A stretch of DNA of 55,390 bases from a virus (lineage: Duplodnaviria > Caudoviricetes), in IMG/VR virus record IMGVR_UViG_3300044984_002141, positions 1 through 55,390 of that record; one strand, written 5' to 3'. Position 1 is the stretch's first letter; every line of letters begins with the position of its first letter. Position numbers and translations under genes: made by a program. The notes beneath the pieces were generated by a model, which saw nothing but the letters and a program-made list of their open reading frames with translations, searched no databases and was not told the origin of the DNA. Shown here in pieces: positions 7,740 through 17,783 of the stretch.

Positions 7740-9140
7740 ATGACGACGAATACACTTACTATTAATTACACTGATACCACCAAATCTAGTATACAGATAC
7801 CACTCGGTGGAATTAACACGTCAACACCATTATCGTTATATGGACTTGGCACAACAAATTATGGTGCAGACTTGTGGGCTAATATGCTGCACCTAATGGA
7901 GAATTTCTGTAATTCGACACCTCCATCAAATCCTGTTATCGGTCAATTATTTTACAAATCCACCACTAAAACTCTTCAGTTATACACTGGGCTAAACGCT
8001 AGCGGATTAGCAAACTGGGTTACATTAATAACAATAGATCCAGCTAGTACCACAGGTAATGCATTTGCTACATACTTACCACTAGCTGGTGGTATCATAA
8101 CTGGTGATTTAATTTTAACAACAGAGTTTACAAACATAAATACAGTTAAGCCTGGACTAAATGAAAATCGTGCCGCAACTATAAGATACGTGGATTCGCT
8201 ATTAGCTGGCTTTTCATTACAAAACACAACCGCTATTACAAATACTGTTAAACAAGCTACAGATTTACCATTTATTTACACTGGTAGTACTGCAACATTA
8301 GCGCAAAGAACGATGGGTGCACCATTAAAATTACCATCAGAAGGTTATGGTAGTGATGGTAGATTATTAGTTGCAAATGTAACTACGCCGACTAATGAAT
8401 TATTTGCAGCAACTAGAAAGTACGTTGATGCAAAAGTAGCTACAATTATTCCAGGTGTTGCAAACACGGTAACTACAGCAACATTATCTGCAGAAATTAA
8501 AAAACTAACAGATTTACCATTTGTATATAACAATATATTAGTGGGAGAAGTTTCAAGTCGTATAGCGTCTATGACGATGAAATCTGATTTGATATTACCC
8601 GCGTATGCAACTGGTACGTCCGCTAAAGTTAGTTATGTAAATCATGCTGCAACAAGAGCATATGTTGATGATTCTATATACGGGTTATCTACTACAATTA
8701 CAAGCTATATTGATACAAACATGCCTGACATGTCTGCATTATTATATGGTAGTCAAATTACTTCTAATCAAAACATATCGCACACATCATACTTAGTTGT
8801 TGGTGATCATATATCGGTCACTGGTGTTGCACAATGTTCGATATATCCCAAACCTGCGACAGCAACAGCTGATGAAAGAATATATTACTACGCATTAATA
8901 CCATTTAGTGATATATTACCGCAATCTGTTACATTCTCACATCACAAGTACTCAGTTCAAGCAGATTTTGCGGATATAGATTTAGTACCATATGGTCGGC
9001 AGCCATACAGTAATTCATTTTTATATAAAAAATTAAATACATCACTAATTATCTACTTATTAGTTGCACCGACTACTACAGCATTAGCCACTGCATTTGT
9101 ACCAACCGCGTTTAGCTTTACGATTAACGGGACCAAATAA
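7740..9140 (+). CDS. Fibre/baseplate-associated structural protein, paralogue 1
   Basis: Shared N-module TPLSLYG...YG..LWANMLHLMENF..STPPSNPVIGQLFY; three AATxxYVD fibre motifs. Confidence 0.7.
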   Translation: MTTNTLTINYTDTTKSSIQIPLGGINTSTPLSLYGLGTTNYGADLWANMLHLMENFCNSTPPSNPVIGQLFYKSTTKTLQLYTGLNASGLANWVTLITIDPASTTGNAFATYLPLAGGIITGDLILTTEFTNINTVKPGLNENRAATIRYVDSLLAGFSLQNTTAITNTVKQATDLPFIYTGSTATLAQRTMGAPLKLPSEGYGSDGRLLVANVTTPTNELFAATRKYVDAKVATIIPGVANTVTTATLSAEIKKLTDLPFVYNNILVGEVSSRIASMTMKSDLILPAYATGTSAKVSYVNHAATRAYVDDSIYGLSTTITSYIDTNMPDMSALLYGSQITSNQNISHTSYLVVGDHISVTGVAQCSIYPKPATATADERIYYYALIPFSDILPQSVTFSHHKYSVQADFADIDLVPYGRQPYSNSFLYKKLNTSLIIYLLVAPTTTALATAFVPTAFSFTINGTK

Positions 9141-11704
9141 TGACGACGAATAATAATTACCTTATAGCATATAGTAACACTACTAAACCAAGTATCAACT
9201 TAACACCTGGGCAGATAGATGCAACAAGTACATCATTAACATTGTTTGGGTATGGTGCTAAAGAGTACGGTAAAGGACTAATGTCTAATACAGTAAAATT
9301 ATTAGAAAATTTTTGCAATACAACCGCACCTAATAACCCAATTGAGGGTCAATTATGGTTTAATTCGAGCACAGCTACATTAAATGTATGCTACCGGGCA
9401 ACTGGTGGGTCGTTGAGCTGGAAATCAGTTGCGCCAGTAGGTGGATGGGACAGTACTGGTGGATCTACGACTAGTTCAATTACTGTCGAGAGTGGTGCTG
9501 CAACTAAAGCAGATCTCAGTTCGTATATACCGATCAATGGACTCATCGGTAATATGGCTACTGGTAGTATGACGGGTGATTTAAAGTTGTACAATAACCC
9601 AAATTGGTATACTACAAATGCTCAAGGATTAACTGTAATTAACGAAGCGGTTACAGCAGATTTAAGTAACTGTGCTGCAACTAGAAAATATGTAGATCTT
9701 AAAGTAGGTAGCGTCGTTGTTGCTCAAAATAAAGCGACTGATTGGAATGTAACACCTGCTCAATTAATAACAATGATTGAAAGTGGTGCTAGCCCGTACA
9801 TAAAACGTGTTGCAACTAACCCAACTGATAATGTAATGGTTAGTCCATTAATTTTACGTAATCAATCAAACCCACAAACAGTTGGTTTATATGAGGCGGT
9901 AAATAAACAATATGTTACCTCTGTGGCTGAATCTATTGTAACTGGTATGAGTACTGGGACAGGTACAGTGCCACAGTATATCAAGGATTTATTATTAGGT
10001 TATGTACCAATTGCAGGTATTAGTAACAGTAGCTTTACAGGAATTACTTCTCATTTACCTGTGCTTGATGAACCTAGTTGGTACAATGCTGATGGAACAT
10101 TAAGCCTTACTGCTAAGATTCCCAACAACTACGCTGCAACTATAAGATACGTTAATACTAAGGTAGCTGACGCACTTAAATCAACAGGTGGTGGTATTAA
10201 TTGGCCTGTATCGTCATCAGTAGTTATTGCAAAGATTAATGAAGATGCTGGTGGTGGACCGTATATACATAAGAACTCTACAGATGCTGGGTTCCGCACC
10301 ATGGCTAAACAATTGTTTTTGCGGTCAGATCAGACAGCTGATAATGTGGTTGATAAGGAGGCTGTGAGTGCTGGCGTTGTACGTACACTAATAAACAATA
10401 GTAAGCCTACAGATATAGATAGTGCAAAGTTGTTAGCTGCATTAAACGCATTACCAGCCGCAGTTAAACCGTGGCCTACTCAAACAAATCAACAAGCATC
10501 CATTGATACAACTGAGTTAGATAAGGCGACTAAAGCTGCAAATGAAGCCGCTAAAGCCGCTGCTGATGCGTTATCAGAATTAAAGAAGGCAGATTCAAAT
10601 GACGCGGACACGCTTGACAAGCTCATTAAGAATGCAGAGGCCGCTACAAAAGCTGCAAATGAAGCTGCCGGAGCTGTTAATAAAGCTGCAACCGATGCCG
10701 CAGGTAAAGCAGTTGTAACAACACCAGGTATCGACACAGTATCAAGCGGTTTGACAGATCTAATTGGGCAAGCAAATGAAGCTGCAAGACTCGCAAATGA
10801 AGCAATAAAAACTGAAGCAGCTGGTACTGATACGTTAACTAAGTTAATAAAAGATGCAGAAGCTGCTGCGCAAAAAGTAACTGATGCGATAGCATTAGCA
10901 GGTAGGACGACTATTACGACAAATACCACGAGTGGTGTTGATGTAAGTGGGTGGAACAACACAACTGTATCACCTACACTAGCAGATACTTATACGCAGG
11001 CTGGTAAAGTGTATATGAAGGATCGTGAGCGGATATCATATTCAAAATTACCAGATGGCACATTAATAATCTCAGGTTATTATCGTAAATTTGGTCTGTG
11101 CCACGCTGGTGATGCTGTTGATTGGGTAACCTCCATAGATAAAATTAGATTTCCATCTGGATATAATTTTATTGATCCGTTTTACTCTGTTACAATTACA
11201 GAGGTGTCTCATAACACCCGTTGTGCTGATCAAATAGTTGGATCTAGTGATGCTAGACATAGAGGTGGTTTCTGGGATGGTTCACTTGCTCGTGATGGCT
11301 GGTATAACTGGCCGGGGGCTGCGTTGCTTAATTGCGATATTGGTCGAACATATACCGCAGCTCAACTAGCTCCCTACCCACAGGGTCCAAGATATCCATG
11401 GGCTGAAACAAAAAATGAATCATTCCCGACAGGTACTGCTCATCCATCAAGTGATCCTCCTGCTGATTTTGAACCGTATATATATTATCAGCCAAGCGAT
11501 ATTCTAGGTGTAACATATAACAATGAGGTTAAGAGATTTAACTCGTTGTATAACGAGTTTGCTGTACCGCCATGTACTTGGATGTCGTATGATCAAGCTA
11601 CAGATGGGTTTAAAATAAGTGGCTGCGTGAACAAGGCTGTTACCTGGCTATACGCACGCAACACGTTATCGTGTAATTTCACCGCAATCGGTAGATGGAA
11701 ATAA
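9140..11704 (+). CDS. Tail fibre-like protein, paralogue 2
   Basis: Same N-module (LLENFCNTTAPNNPIEGQLWFN), AATRKYVD motifs, Ala-rich coiled coil, C-terminal YSKLPDGTLIISG...FTAIGRWK tip domain. Confidence 0.75.
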   Translation: MTTNNNYLIAYSNTTKPSINLTPGQIDATSTSLTLFGYGAKEYGKGLMSNTVKLLENFCNTTAPNNPIEGQLWFNSSTATLNVCYRATGGSLSWKSVAPVGGWDSTGGSTTSSITVESGAATKADLSSYIPINGLIGNMATGSMTGDLKLYNNPNWYTTNAQGLTVINEAVTADLSNCAATRKYVDLKVGSVVVAQNKATDWNVTPAQLITMIESGASPYIKRVATNPTDNVMVSPLILRNQSNPQTVGLYEAVNKQYVTSVAESIVTGMSTGTGTVPQYIKDLLLGYVPIAGISNSSFTGITSHLPVLDEPSWYNADGTLSLTAKIPNNYAATIRYVNTKVADALKSTGGGINWPVSSSVVIAKINEDAGGGPYIHKNSTDAGFRTMAKQLFLRSDQTADNVVDKEAVSAGVVRTLINNSKPTDIDSAKLLAALNALPAAVKPWPTQTNQQASIDTTELDKATKAANEAAKAAADALSELKKADSNDADTLDKLIKNAEAATKAANEAAGAVNKAATDAAGKAVVTTPGIDTVSSGLTDLIGQANEAARLANEAIKTEAAGTDTLTKLIKDAEAAAQKVTDAIALAGRTTITTNTTSGVDVSGWNNTTVSPTLADTYTQAGKVYMKDRERISYSKLPDGTLIISGYYRKFGLCHAGDAVDWVTSIDKIRFPSGYNFIDPFYSVTITEVSHNTRCADQIVGSSDARHRGGFWDGSLARDGWYNWPGAALLNCDIGRTYTAAQLAPYPQGPRYPWAETKNESFPTGTAHPSSDPPADFEPYIYYQPSDILGVTYNNEVKRFNSLYNEFAVPPCTWMSYDQATDGFKISGCVNKAVTWLYARNTLSCNFTAIGRWK
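10500..10890 (+). repeat. Ala/Lys/Glu-rich degenerate coiled-coil repeats
   Basis: ATKAANEAA twice; DTLDKLIKNAEAA / DTLTKLIKDAEAA. Confidence 0.6.
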
Positions 11705-11707
11705 TCT

Positions 11708-12376
11708 ATGGCTATTATAGATATTGTATTATCAGATAAAAGTAAGAGTAGCGTAAAATCTACATCAATTAGTAGCATGAAGTATGTAGATTTTACATCT
11801 GCAAACTATGGTGCTGATTTTTGGAGTAATATACTACGATTAACAGAGAATTATAGTAGTGTTAACCCACCTAATTTTCCAATTGAGGGCCAGCTGTGGT
11901 TTAATCCCAACACATTTGCACTTAATGTTGCCACTGTCGATGCAAATAAAAACGTAGTATGGACTATAGTTAGTGATGTATACGACGATACAACTGTAGG
12001 TTATATTGATCGATATAAGCGTAATATTATTCTCAACATATCTGTACCAGCAACAACAGAGCCTACTATCTACGATGGACCGTATAAAACTAGTAATCAT
12101 GCTGCTACAAAGAAATTTGCAGATGAATGGCATGGTGGTATTGTACACGGTAGCGATAAGATATGTAATTGGAATATATTTCCAAACAAGTACTGTATTA
12201 TAAACGGAAATGCTGGGGGAGCCATCAAGCTACCATTTACTATGTTTGATACAAACTACGCAGTAATTTTAACTAATATCGATACTGCGAGTACATCACA
12301 ATACGCATCTAGCAAAACCACAACAGGTTTTTACGCCTCAAACAATTCATGGATGGTGGTAGGTTATAAAGCATGA
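11708..12376 (+). CDS. Fibre/baseplate-associated protein, paralogue 3
   Basis: NYGADFWSNILRLTENYS...PIEGQLWFN; HAATKKFAD; short C-terminal tip domain. Confidence 0.65.
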   Translation: MAIIDIVLSDKSKSSVKSTSISSMKYVDFTSANYGADFWSNILRLTENYSSVNPPNFPIEGQLWFNPNTFALNVATVDANKNVVWTIVSDVYDDTTVGYIDRYKRNIILNISVPATTEPTIYDGPYKTSNHAATKKFADEWHGGIVHGSDKICNWNIFPNKYCIINGNAGGAIKLPFTMFDTNYAVILTNIDTASTSQYASSKTTTGFYASNNSWMVVGYKA

Positions 12377-13077
12377 AATATAATATAACACACGCTAATG
12401 GTACATCGTTAGTATTTGACGATCAAGCAGTGGATAATAAGAGTACGTCACTTACATTTGCTGGACAAACAAATAGTTTATACAGCTACTATTTTTGGTC
12501 TAATTTAGCACACTTGATAGAGAATTTTGCTGGGCCAAACTCACCTGATAATAAAATTGTAGGTCAGTTATGGTACGATAACACAAAAGGGGCTAATGCG
12601 TTAAAGGTATACACTGGTCAAACATGGCAGTCAGTTGCTGCACAAGTTGAAGATATGTCTGGCTACGCACTACATCAATCAACTACTCTATCCAGTCATT
12701 TAATTTTACCAGAAAATCCAATATCTACTGCAACAAATATTGCTGTAACTAGAGGATATATTGAAAAAACTTACAGATATAAGTTTAAAACGGAAAGTAC
12801 TGCGGATATTAAGTATATTAGACATAATAATAATTATATTGTTTGTCATAGTATAGTTACTCCACTAACTGCAGATACGCGTACGGTACAGGTATTGCTA
12901 CCATATGTTATGGCGGATGATAATTATGCAATATCATTATCCATTAATAGTGTAGATACAGCAACACATGGTGAGGTGTATGCATTTTCTACAAATAAAA
13001 CTAAAACTGGGTTTACTATAGTTGCAACTAATACATTCCCATCAATTGCATGGGTAGTAATGGGGTTTTCTGAATGA
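12373..13077 (+). CDS. Fibre/baseplate-associated protein, paralogue 4
   Basis: TSLTFAG...WSNLAHLIENFAG...GQLWYD; ATGA overlap with the previous gene. Confidence 0.65.
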   Translation: MKYNITHANGTSLVFDDQAVDNKSTSLTFAGQTNSLYSYYFWSNLAHLIENFAGPNSPDNKIVGQLWYDNTKGANALKVYTGQTWQSVAAQVEDMSGYALHQSTTLSSHLILPENPISTATNIAVTRGYIEKTYRYKFKTESTADIKYIRHNNNYIVCHSIVTPLTADTRTVQVLLPYVMADDNYAISLSINSVDTATHGEVYAFSTNKTKTGFTIVATNTFPSIAWVVMGFSE

Positions 13078-13802
13078 GTACTAAAGTTCAATTTACAAAT
13101 AGATCTAAGCCTGCAATATACATTGCAGATTACGAATATAATTACCAGACTCCTCTTGCGATGTATGGTAAGCATGTGATGGATTATGATGCAGTAACTT
13201 GGTCAAACTTACTACATAAGCTTGAAAATTGGAGCAATAGTTCAGCACCTGAAAACGCGCTCGAAGGTCAGTTGTGGTGGGATAATAGAAACAATCAATT
13301 AATGATTAATATCGGTAAAGATATGTCTAATCCTAATTGGCGGTACGTAACTAAAAATTCAATTGATACGAAATCATTATTACGTATTTCTGGTGGTACA
13401 TTGTATAATGATTTAGTATTAGTTGATGATGTTATAGAGGATGAGCAAGTAGCTACTATTGATTATGCAGCGAGTGTAAACACAATTGTACCTACTTCAT
13501 TAAACAATAATTACCAACATAACATTTTACCTTATAGTGGATTTATGACATTTAACGGGTGTATAGTTAAGGCTGACTTCATTAATAATATTTGTGTAAT
13601 CCCAACACGGTTTACCATGGTTAATACTAGCTATTCAGTAACAGTATCAATTTCAATGAATACTAGTGCAAGGCAATTAAATTATGATTTTAGATATCAT
13701 GTAGTAGACAAAACGATTAAAAGCTTTAAAATAATAACCGAACAAACTATACCAGATGATTGTGAGATCAATTTTGTCTTAGTTGGGAATATTCAAGCGT
13801 AA
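13074..13802 (+). CDS. Fibre/baseplate-associated protein, paralogue 5
   Basis: TPLAMYG...WSNLLHKLENWS...EGQLWWD; ATGA overlap. Confidence 0.65.
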   Translation: MSTKVQFTNRSKPAIYIADYEYNYQTPLAMYGKHVMDYDAVTWSNLLHKLENWSNSSAPENALEGQLWWDNRNNQLMINIGKDMSNPNWRYVTKNSIDTKSLLRISGGTLYNDLVLVDDVIEDEQVATIDYAASVNTIVPTSLNNNYQHNILPYSGFMTFNGCIVKADFINNICVIPTRFTMVNTSYSVTVSISMNTSARQLNYDFRYHVVDKTIKSFKIITEQTIPDDCEINFVLVGNIQA

Positions 13803-13804
13803 AA

Positions 13805-13812
13805 ACTAAATA
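13805..13812 (+). promoter_or_regulatory. Late promoter-like element (ACTAAATA)
   Basis: In the short intergenic gap before ATG 13846. Confidence 0.45.
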
Positions 13813-13845
13813 CCATATAACAGATAATTACAGGTACATTATACT

Positions 13846-15474
13846 ATGCCATATTCAATTACCCACACTAATAATGGTAGCGGTGGGGTTACCATCATAT
13901 TAGATGATAATCAAGTCGACGAGTCTACCTCGCTTACACTACTCGGTAGAGGTCATCCAAACTACGGTCAAGTACTATGGACTGATTTTATAAAGCTATT
14001 AGAAAATTTTTACGGTCCTACTCAACCATCAAATCCAATTACCGGTCAATTGTGGTATAATAGTAATACAAATTCAATATACGTTAATAAAATCACTGCA
14101 GGTGCTGTAACTGGTGGCAACATAGCGGCGTCTAATGGTAGTCAATGGTCTCCACTTGCAGATCACGCATACCTTGCAACTAACTATAACCCTACCACTC
14201 TTGTAAATAATTCAGTAGATGGATTAGTACAACGTTTATCTGGCTCGGACCCAAATGTAAAGTCTGCATTATTAACCTTACTTACTGGTACATATTTACC
14301 AATAGCTGGTGGTACAATAACTGGTAGATTGCAAGTACCGCAACTGGTACCGGGATCAGCTAATGACCCTGAGTTAACAGCTAATCAATATCTAGCGGTT
14401 GGCTGGCTCAATATGAAAAACTACGTAATTAAGTACGTGGGAGATGAATTACTAACAGTTAAGTCTAGATTGCAAGCACTTGAATCAGCTGGTACGGGAA
14501 CAGGTACTGGTACAGGTACTGTACCATCAGCTGGTTCTGCACTATCTGGGTTTGAAAACCTATCATACGGTATTGGATACGATCCAAGTGGTAGTACTAC
14601 AAACTATGTGCGCAGCGTTGGTGCGGTAGCTACATCAAAAGCATCATCTACTCAATGGATCAACACTAACTTATCAGTTCCACCCATCGATCTTGGTGAT
14701 GTAGATAATGCCCATGATAGTTATGCAACACCTAAAAGTTATGTTGATGGTAAAATTACAGCAGGTACTTTGCTCGCAAGCAGCACACAAGTTTTTACCA
14801 CCACCCAAACTGCAGCTAGAGCTATTAAACTACCGGTATTTCCAGAGGCTGTGTTACCTGGTGGTACGGAAAATACAAATGTTAATTACGATCAATATGC
14901 AGTTACTAAAAAGTATGTAGATGTTGGTTTATCTGGTGCTAATTTAACAAAAATCTTGAGCAAAAGTCAAGATTTTAGAAATAGTTTATCGGGTATAGCA
15001 TCTGGTGCGCTAGCAATACCATCAATTCCTATAACAAACTTCAGTGGAAAAGTATTAGCAATTAACTCGTCTGGATCTGCATTAGAATGGATTGCATCAT
15101 CCACTCCAGTTACTAATACAATTGGATTTAGTAGTTCAAGTTATATTAAGCAAAGTAACAACATGGTTACGGTGTTTGGTGCGGTAGCTGCATCCACACT
15201 AAGACGAAGTGCTAACGTGTTTAGTAATAATATTCAACCATGGGAAGTTACTATAATTATACCTAACAACTTTACACTAAGTGTTCCATATGATGTACAT
15301 GCAACATTTACTCCAAACCCGGCAGCGCAATCGTCCACCGGATTTGTAGGTACAATGAATTGTTATATTACGGCAATGACTGCAACAAGTTTTACATTAG
15401 GTATTATCTGTAATCCTGCAGCATTAACAAGTGATAAAATTGCATACACTATTAACGGCTTAGTTACAAACTAG
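13846..15474 (+). CDS. Tail fibre-like protein, paralogue 6
   Basis: TSLTLLGRGHPNYG...KLLENFYG...NPITGQLWYN; YATPKSYVD and AVTKKYVD motifs; GT linker. Confidence 0.7.
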   Translation: MPYSITHTNNGSGGVTIILDDNQVDESTSLTLLGRGHPNYGQVLWTDFIKLLENFYGPTQPSNPITGQLWYNSNTNSIYVNKITAGAVTGGNIAASNGSQWSPLADHAYLATNYNPTTLVNNSVDGLVQRLSGSDPNVKSALLTLLTGTYLPIAGGTITGRLQVPQLVPGSANDPELTANQYLAVGWLNMKNYVIKYVGDELLTVKSRLQALESAGTGTGTGTGTVPSAGSALSGFENLSYGIGYDPSGSTTNYVRSVGAVATSKASSTQWINTNLSVPPIDLGDVDNAHDSYATPKSYVDGKITAGTLLASSTQVFTTTQTAARAIKLPVFPEAVLPGGTENTNVNYDQYAVTKKYVDVGLSGANLTKILSKSQDFRNSLSGIASGALAIPSIPITNFSGKVLAINSSGSALEWIASSTPVTNTIGFSSSSYIKQSNNMVTVFGAVAASTLRRSANVFSNNIQPWEVTIIIPNNFTLSVPYDVHATFTPNPAAQSSTGFVGTMNCYITAMTATSFTLGIICNPAALTSDKIAYTINGLVTN

Positions 15475-15916
15475 GATAGTTATATCGAGACATCATCCAT
15501 TCAACTGCCTCATCAAATTCGGGGTATGTTGAATGGTCTCGAATATTGACATAATTAGATGCTAAAGTAGATAGTGCATTCTCATCAACAGGTGATATTC
15601 TCACACTTAACCACCGTAGTAACCTATTTGCCGCTTCATCATCTTTAGCTACTACCAAATCATAAAAATCTTGAATATATTCTGACATCAATCGAGGTGC
15701 AGGTATATCCTCTACAACAACTTCCTCTGCAAATTTTATTGGAAAATCAGCATTAACTGTGCCGCAGTTTAAGCAATATTTAATTGTTAATGTTTTACCA
15801 TCATAAACTAAACCTAATTGATTGATAGTAACTGGTTTGCTATAAAGTAACTCAATATTATCATAGCATTTTGCATTAACTATCAGTAACTCACCACCAC
15901 ATTTTTTACAACTCAT
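15464..15916 (-). CDS. Hypothetical protein with a putative zinc-binding N-domain
   Basis: CKKC, AKCYD and CLNCG motifs; last gene of the queC-led run. Confidence 0.6.
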   Translation of the reverse strand: MSCKKCGGELLIVNAKCYDNIELLYSKPVTINQLGLVYDGKTLTIKYCLNCGTVNADFPIKFAEEVVVEDIPAPRLMSEYIQDFYDLVVAKDDEAANRLLRWLSVRISPVDENALSTLASNYVNIRDHSTYPEFDEAVEWMMSRYNYPSL

Positions 15917-15926
15917 ATAATTTTAC

Positions 15927-16205
15927 TCAATTAAAAAACATTTTATCTTTTTTATCAGCGACAGCTTGACAATCAACGCATAAATCACAAGTTTTGTTTA
16001 TAGTTAATACCACTCGTTGTCTTTCAACTGGGATATACGCTAAACACACTTCACATTGTAATTCTTTATTAATTAATTGCTCGATATCGCGATCTCTTGG
16101 AATATCATGTCTAATTTTATTAATAAGTGACATCCGTTCTGCTTCTTCTAATATAGCAGCGATATCGCATTCATCCATTACATCCGTACTTAATTCCATA
16201 TTCAC
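15927..16205 (-). CDS. TraR/DksA-family C4 zinc-finger protein
   Basis: N-terminal DECDIA (DxxDxA) and CEVC...IPVERQ...CVDCQ. Confidence 0.8.
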   Translation of the reverse strand: MNMELSTDVMDECDIAAILEEAERMSLINKIRHDIPRDRDIEQLINKELQCEVCLAYIPVERQRVVLTINKTCDLCVDCQAVADKKDKMFFN

Positions 16206-16213
16206 TCCATTGA

Positions 16214-16822
16214 TTAAAAATAATATGGGTTGTGTTGATTATGAAAAATATCATGCAATATAAATTCGTTATTACTAAGCTTAAATACATTATTATGATC
16301 AATCATTTTTGAATCTGCAAACTTTGTTGAACTAATATTTGCACCATTTATGTATAACGGCGATATTGCATTTCTAAACATATAGATTTCATTATCTTTA
16401 ATACAAACACATGCAAACGATCCTTCGATATCAGATAATTTAGAAAAATCATCTTTAATTAATTCACCTAACGCTTGCGTATCCCATAAGTATTCACTAT
16501 TTAGTAACTTATTAATTTGGGCTAACGCTTCAGTTTTAATAATACCATTATGCAATAACTTAAAGTCCTCACTTACATAAGGATGAATTCGACTATATTC
16601 TTTAACTAACCCACCGGTTGGTGCTTGACAGTGACCTAGCAAATAGTCGCCGTCGTTGATATGATCTAACAATTCAAGATTAAAGTCACCAAAATCTTTG
16701 AATGTGCGTACTTCATGCTCGTTATACAATGTTAATGAGTGACTAAACGAGCCCCGATACCTATTTAAATTTAATAATTCAATGAATTTATCTTTATTAT
16801 AACTACCAATAATACTACACAT
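16214..16822 (-). CDS. Class II (Ntn) glutamine amidotransferase
   Basis: N-terminal MCSIIG, RG, GHCQAPT, IHPY, HNGII, DT, EGSFA; directly downstream of queC. Confidence 0.85.
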   Translation of the reverse strand: MCSIIGSYNKDKFIELLNLNRYRGSFSHSLTLYNEHEVRTFKDFGDFNLELLDHINDGDYLLGHCQAPTGGLVKEYSRIHPYVSEDFKLLHNGIIKTEALAQINKLLNSEYLWDTQALGELIKDDFSKLSDIEGSFACVCIKDNEIYMFRNAISPLYINGANISSTKFADSKMIDHNNVFKLSNNEFILHDIFHNQHNPYYF

Positions 16823-16836
16823 TCAATATATCCCTA

Positions 16837-17559
16837 TTACCAGTTAATTGCTTTAGAGTAAGTGATTGGATCTTCAATACCAATATTTTTAAATGCCATG
16901 ATACGCTCTGCACAGCTTGGACATACACCACATGAATGTCCATGCTCATCTACATCATAACAGGTAACAGTTTTACTATAATCACAGCCTAACTTTAAAC
17001 CAATACGTAATTCTTCAGTTTTATTCAACGAAACCAATGGAGTAAATACATCAATCTTATGCATTCGATTTAAATCAACCACACTTTGCAGTGCCGCAAC
17101 AAATTCAGGAGTAGTATCCCAATAATTATACTGATCATTCGAATTTAAACCTAGAGCTATTGCTTCACACTCATTTGCTTCTGCAAACGATAAGATCATA
17201 GATGAAAACAATAGATTACGGAACGGTACGTATGTAGGTGGCTGTGGATTACCTAATATATCCACAATAGTAGGCATTTCAATATCTGAACCTTTAATAT
17301 TAGCTGATACTTTACGAGCAATATTACCTAAGAACGAAATATCTACGATATGATGATGAACACCTAGTGCTTCACATGATTGTCTAGCAAGTTCAACTTC
17401 AATGCTTTGCTTTTGCTGATACGTAAAGCTAACAGGAAACACATTATCATTACCATACCGATCAACTAACATGTATAATAACGTAGTACTATCTAATCCA
17501 CCAGATAACGATAGTGCAACTTTAGATACCTCGGGAAAATTTATATTTTCTAATGACAT
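16837..17559 (-). CDS. queC: 7-cyano-7-deazaguanine synthase
   Basis: PP-loop SGGLDSTT, TYVPFRN, zinc site TCY...CGVCPSCAER. Confidence 0.95.
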   Translation of the reverse strand: MSLENINFPEVSKVALSLSGGLDSTTLLYMLVDRYGNDNVFPVSFTYQQKQSIEVELARQSCEALGVHHHIVDISFLGNIARKVSANIKGSDIEMPTIVDILGNPQPPTYVPFRNLLFSSMILSFAEANECEAIALGLNSNDQYNYWDTTPEFVAALQSVVDLNRMHKIDVFTPLVSLNKTEELRIGLKLGCDYSKTVTCYDVDEHGHSCGVCPSCAERIMAFKNIGIEDPITYSKAINW

Positions 17560-17587
17560 ATATCACCTCACAGTTAATAAAGATGAT

Positions 17588-17616
17588 ATTATATATTAAT
17601 TTTACAGAAGTATCAA
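17588..17616 (-). promoter_or_regulatory. Sigma70-type promoter for the queC operon
   Basis: TTGATA-17 nt-TATAAT on the minus strand. Confidence 0.7.
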
Positions 17617-17730
17617 ATTATATTTAATCTCTGTAAGATATAGTGAAAAACCGTGTGATAATTAGGGCTCTCCAGTGTTTAACAAAATAATACATATTAT
17701 ATTAAGTAAATAGTGGTCATTTAATCTCAC

Positions 17731-17759
17731 TGGATTAAACGAGTATTTTATATTATAAT
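17731..17759 (+). promoter_or_regulatory. Sigma70-like promoter for mini-DnaE
   Basis: TGGATT-17 nt-TATAAT. Confidence 0.55.
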
Positions 17760-17783
17760 ACTATATCAAAATACGGAGTAGTC

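Noticed and set aside
10489-10962. 157-aa antisense ORF and other short opposite-strand or alternate-frame ORFs
   Set aside because: Shadows of long genes, favoured by Ala-rich codons; no independent signals.
14490-14520. GT dipeptide repeat as a phase-variable tract
   Set aside because: Codons are varied; an ordinary flexible linker.
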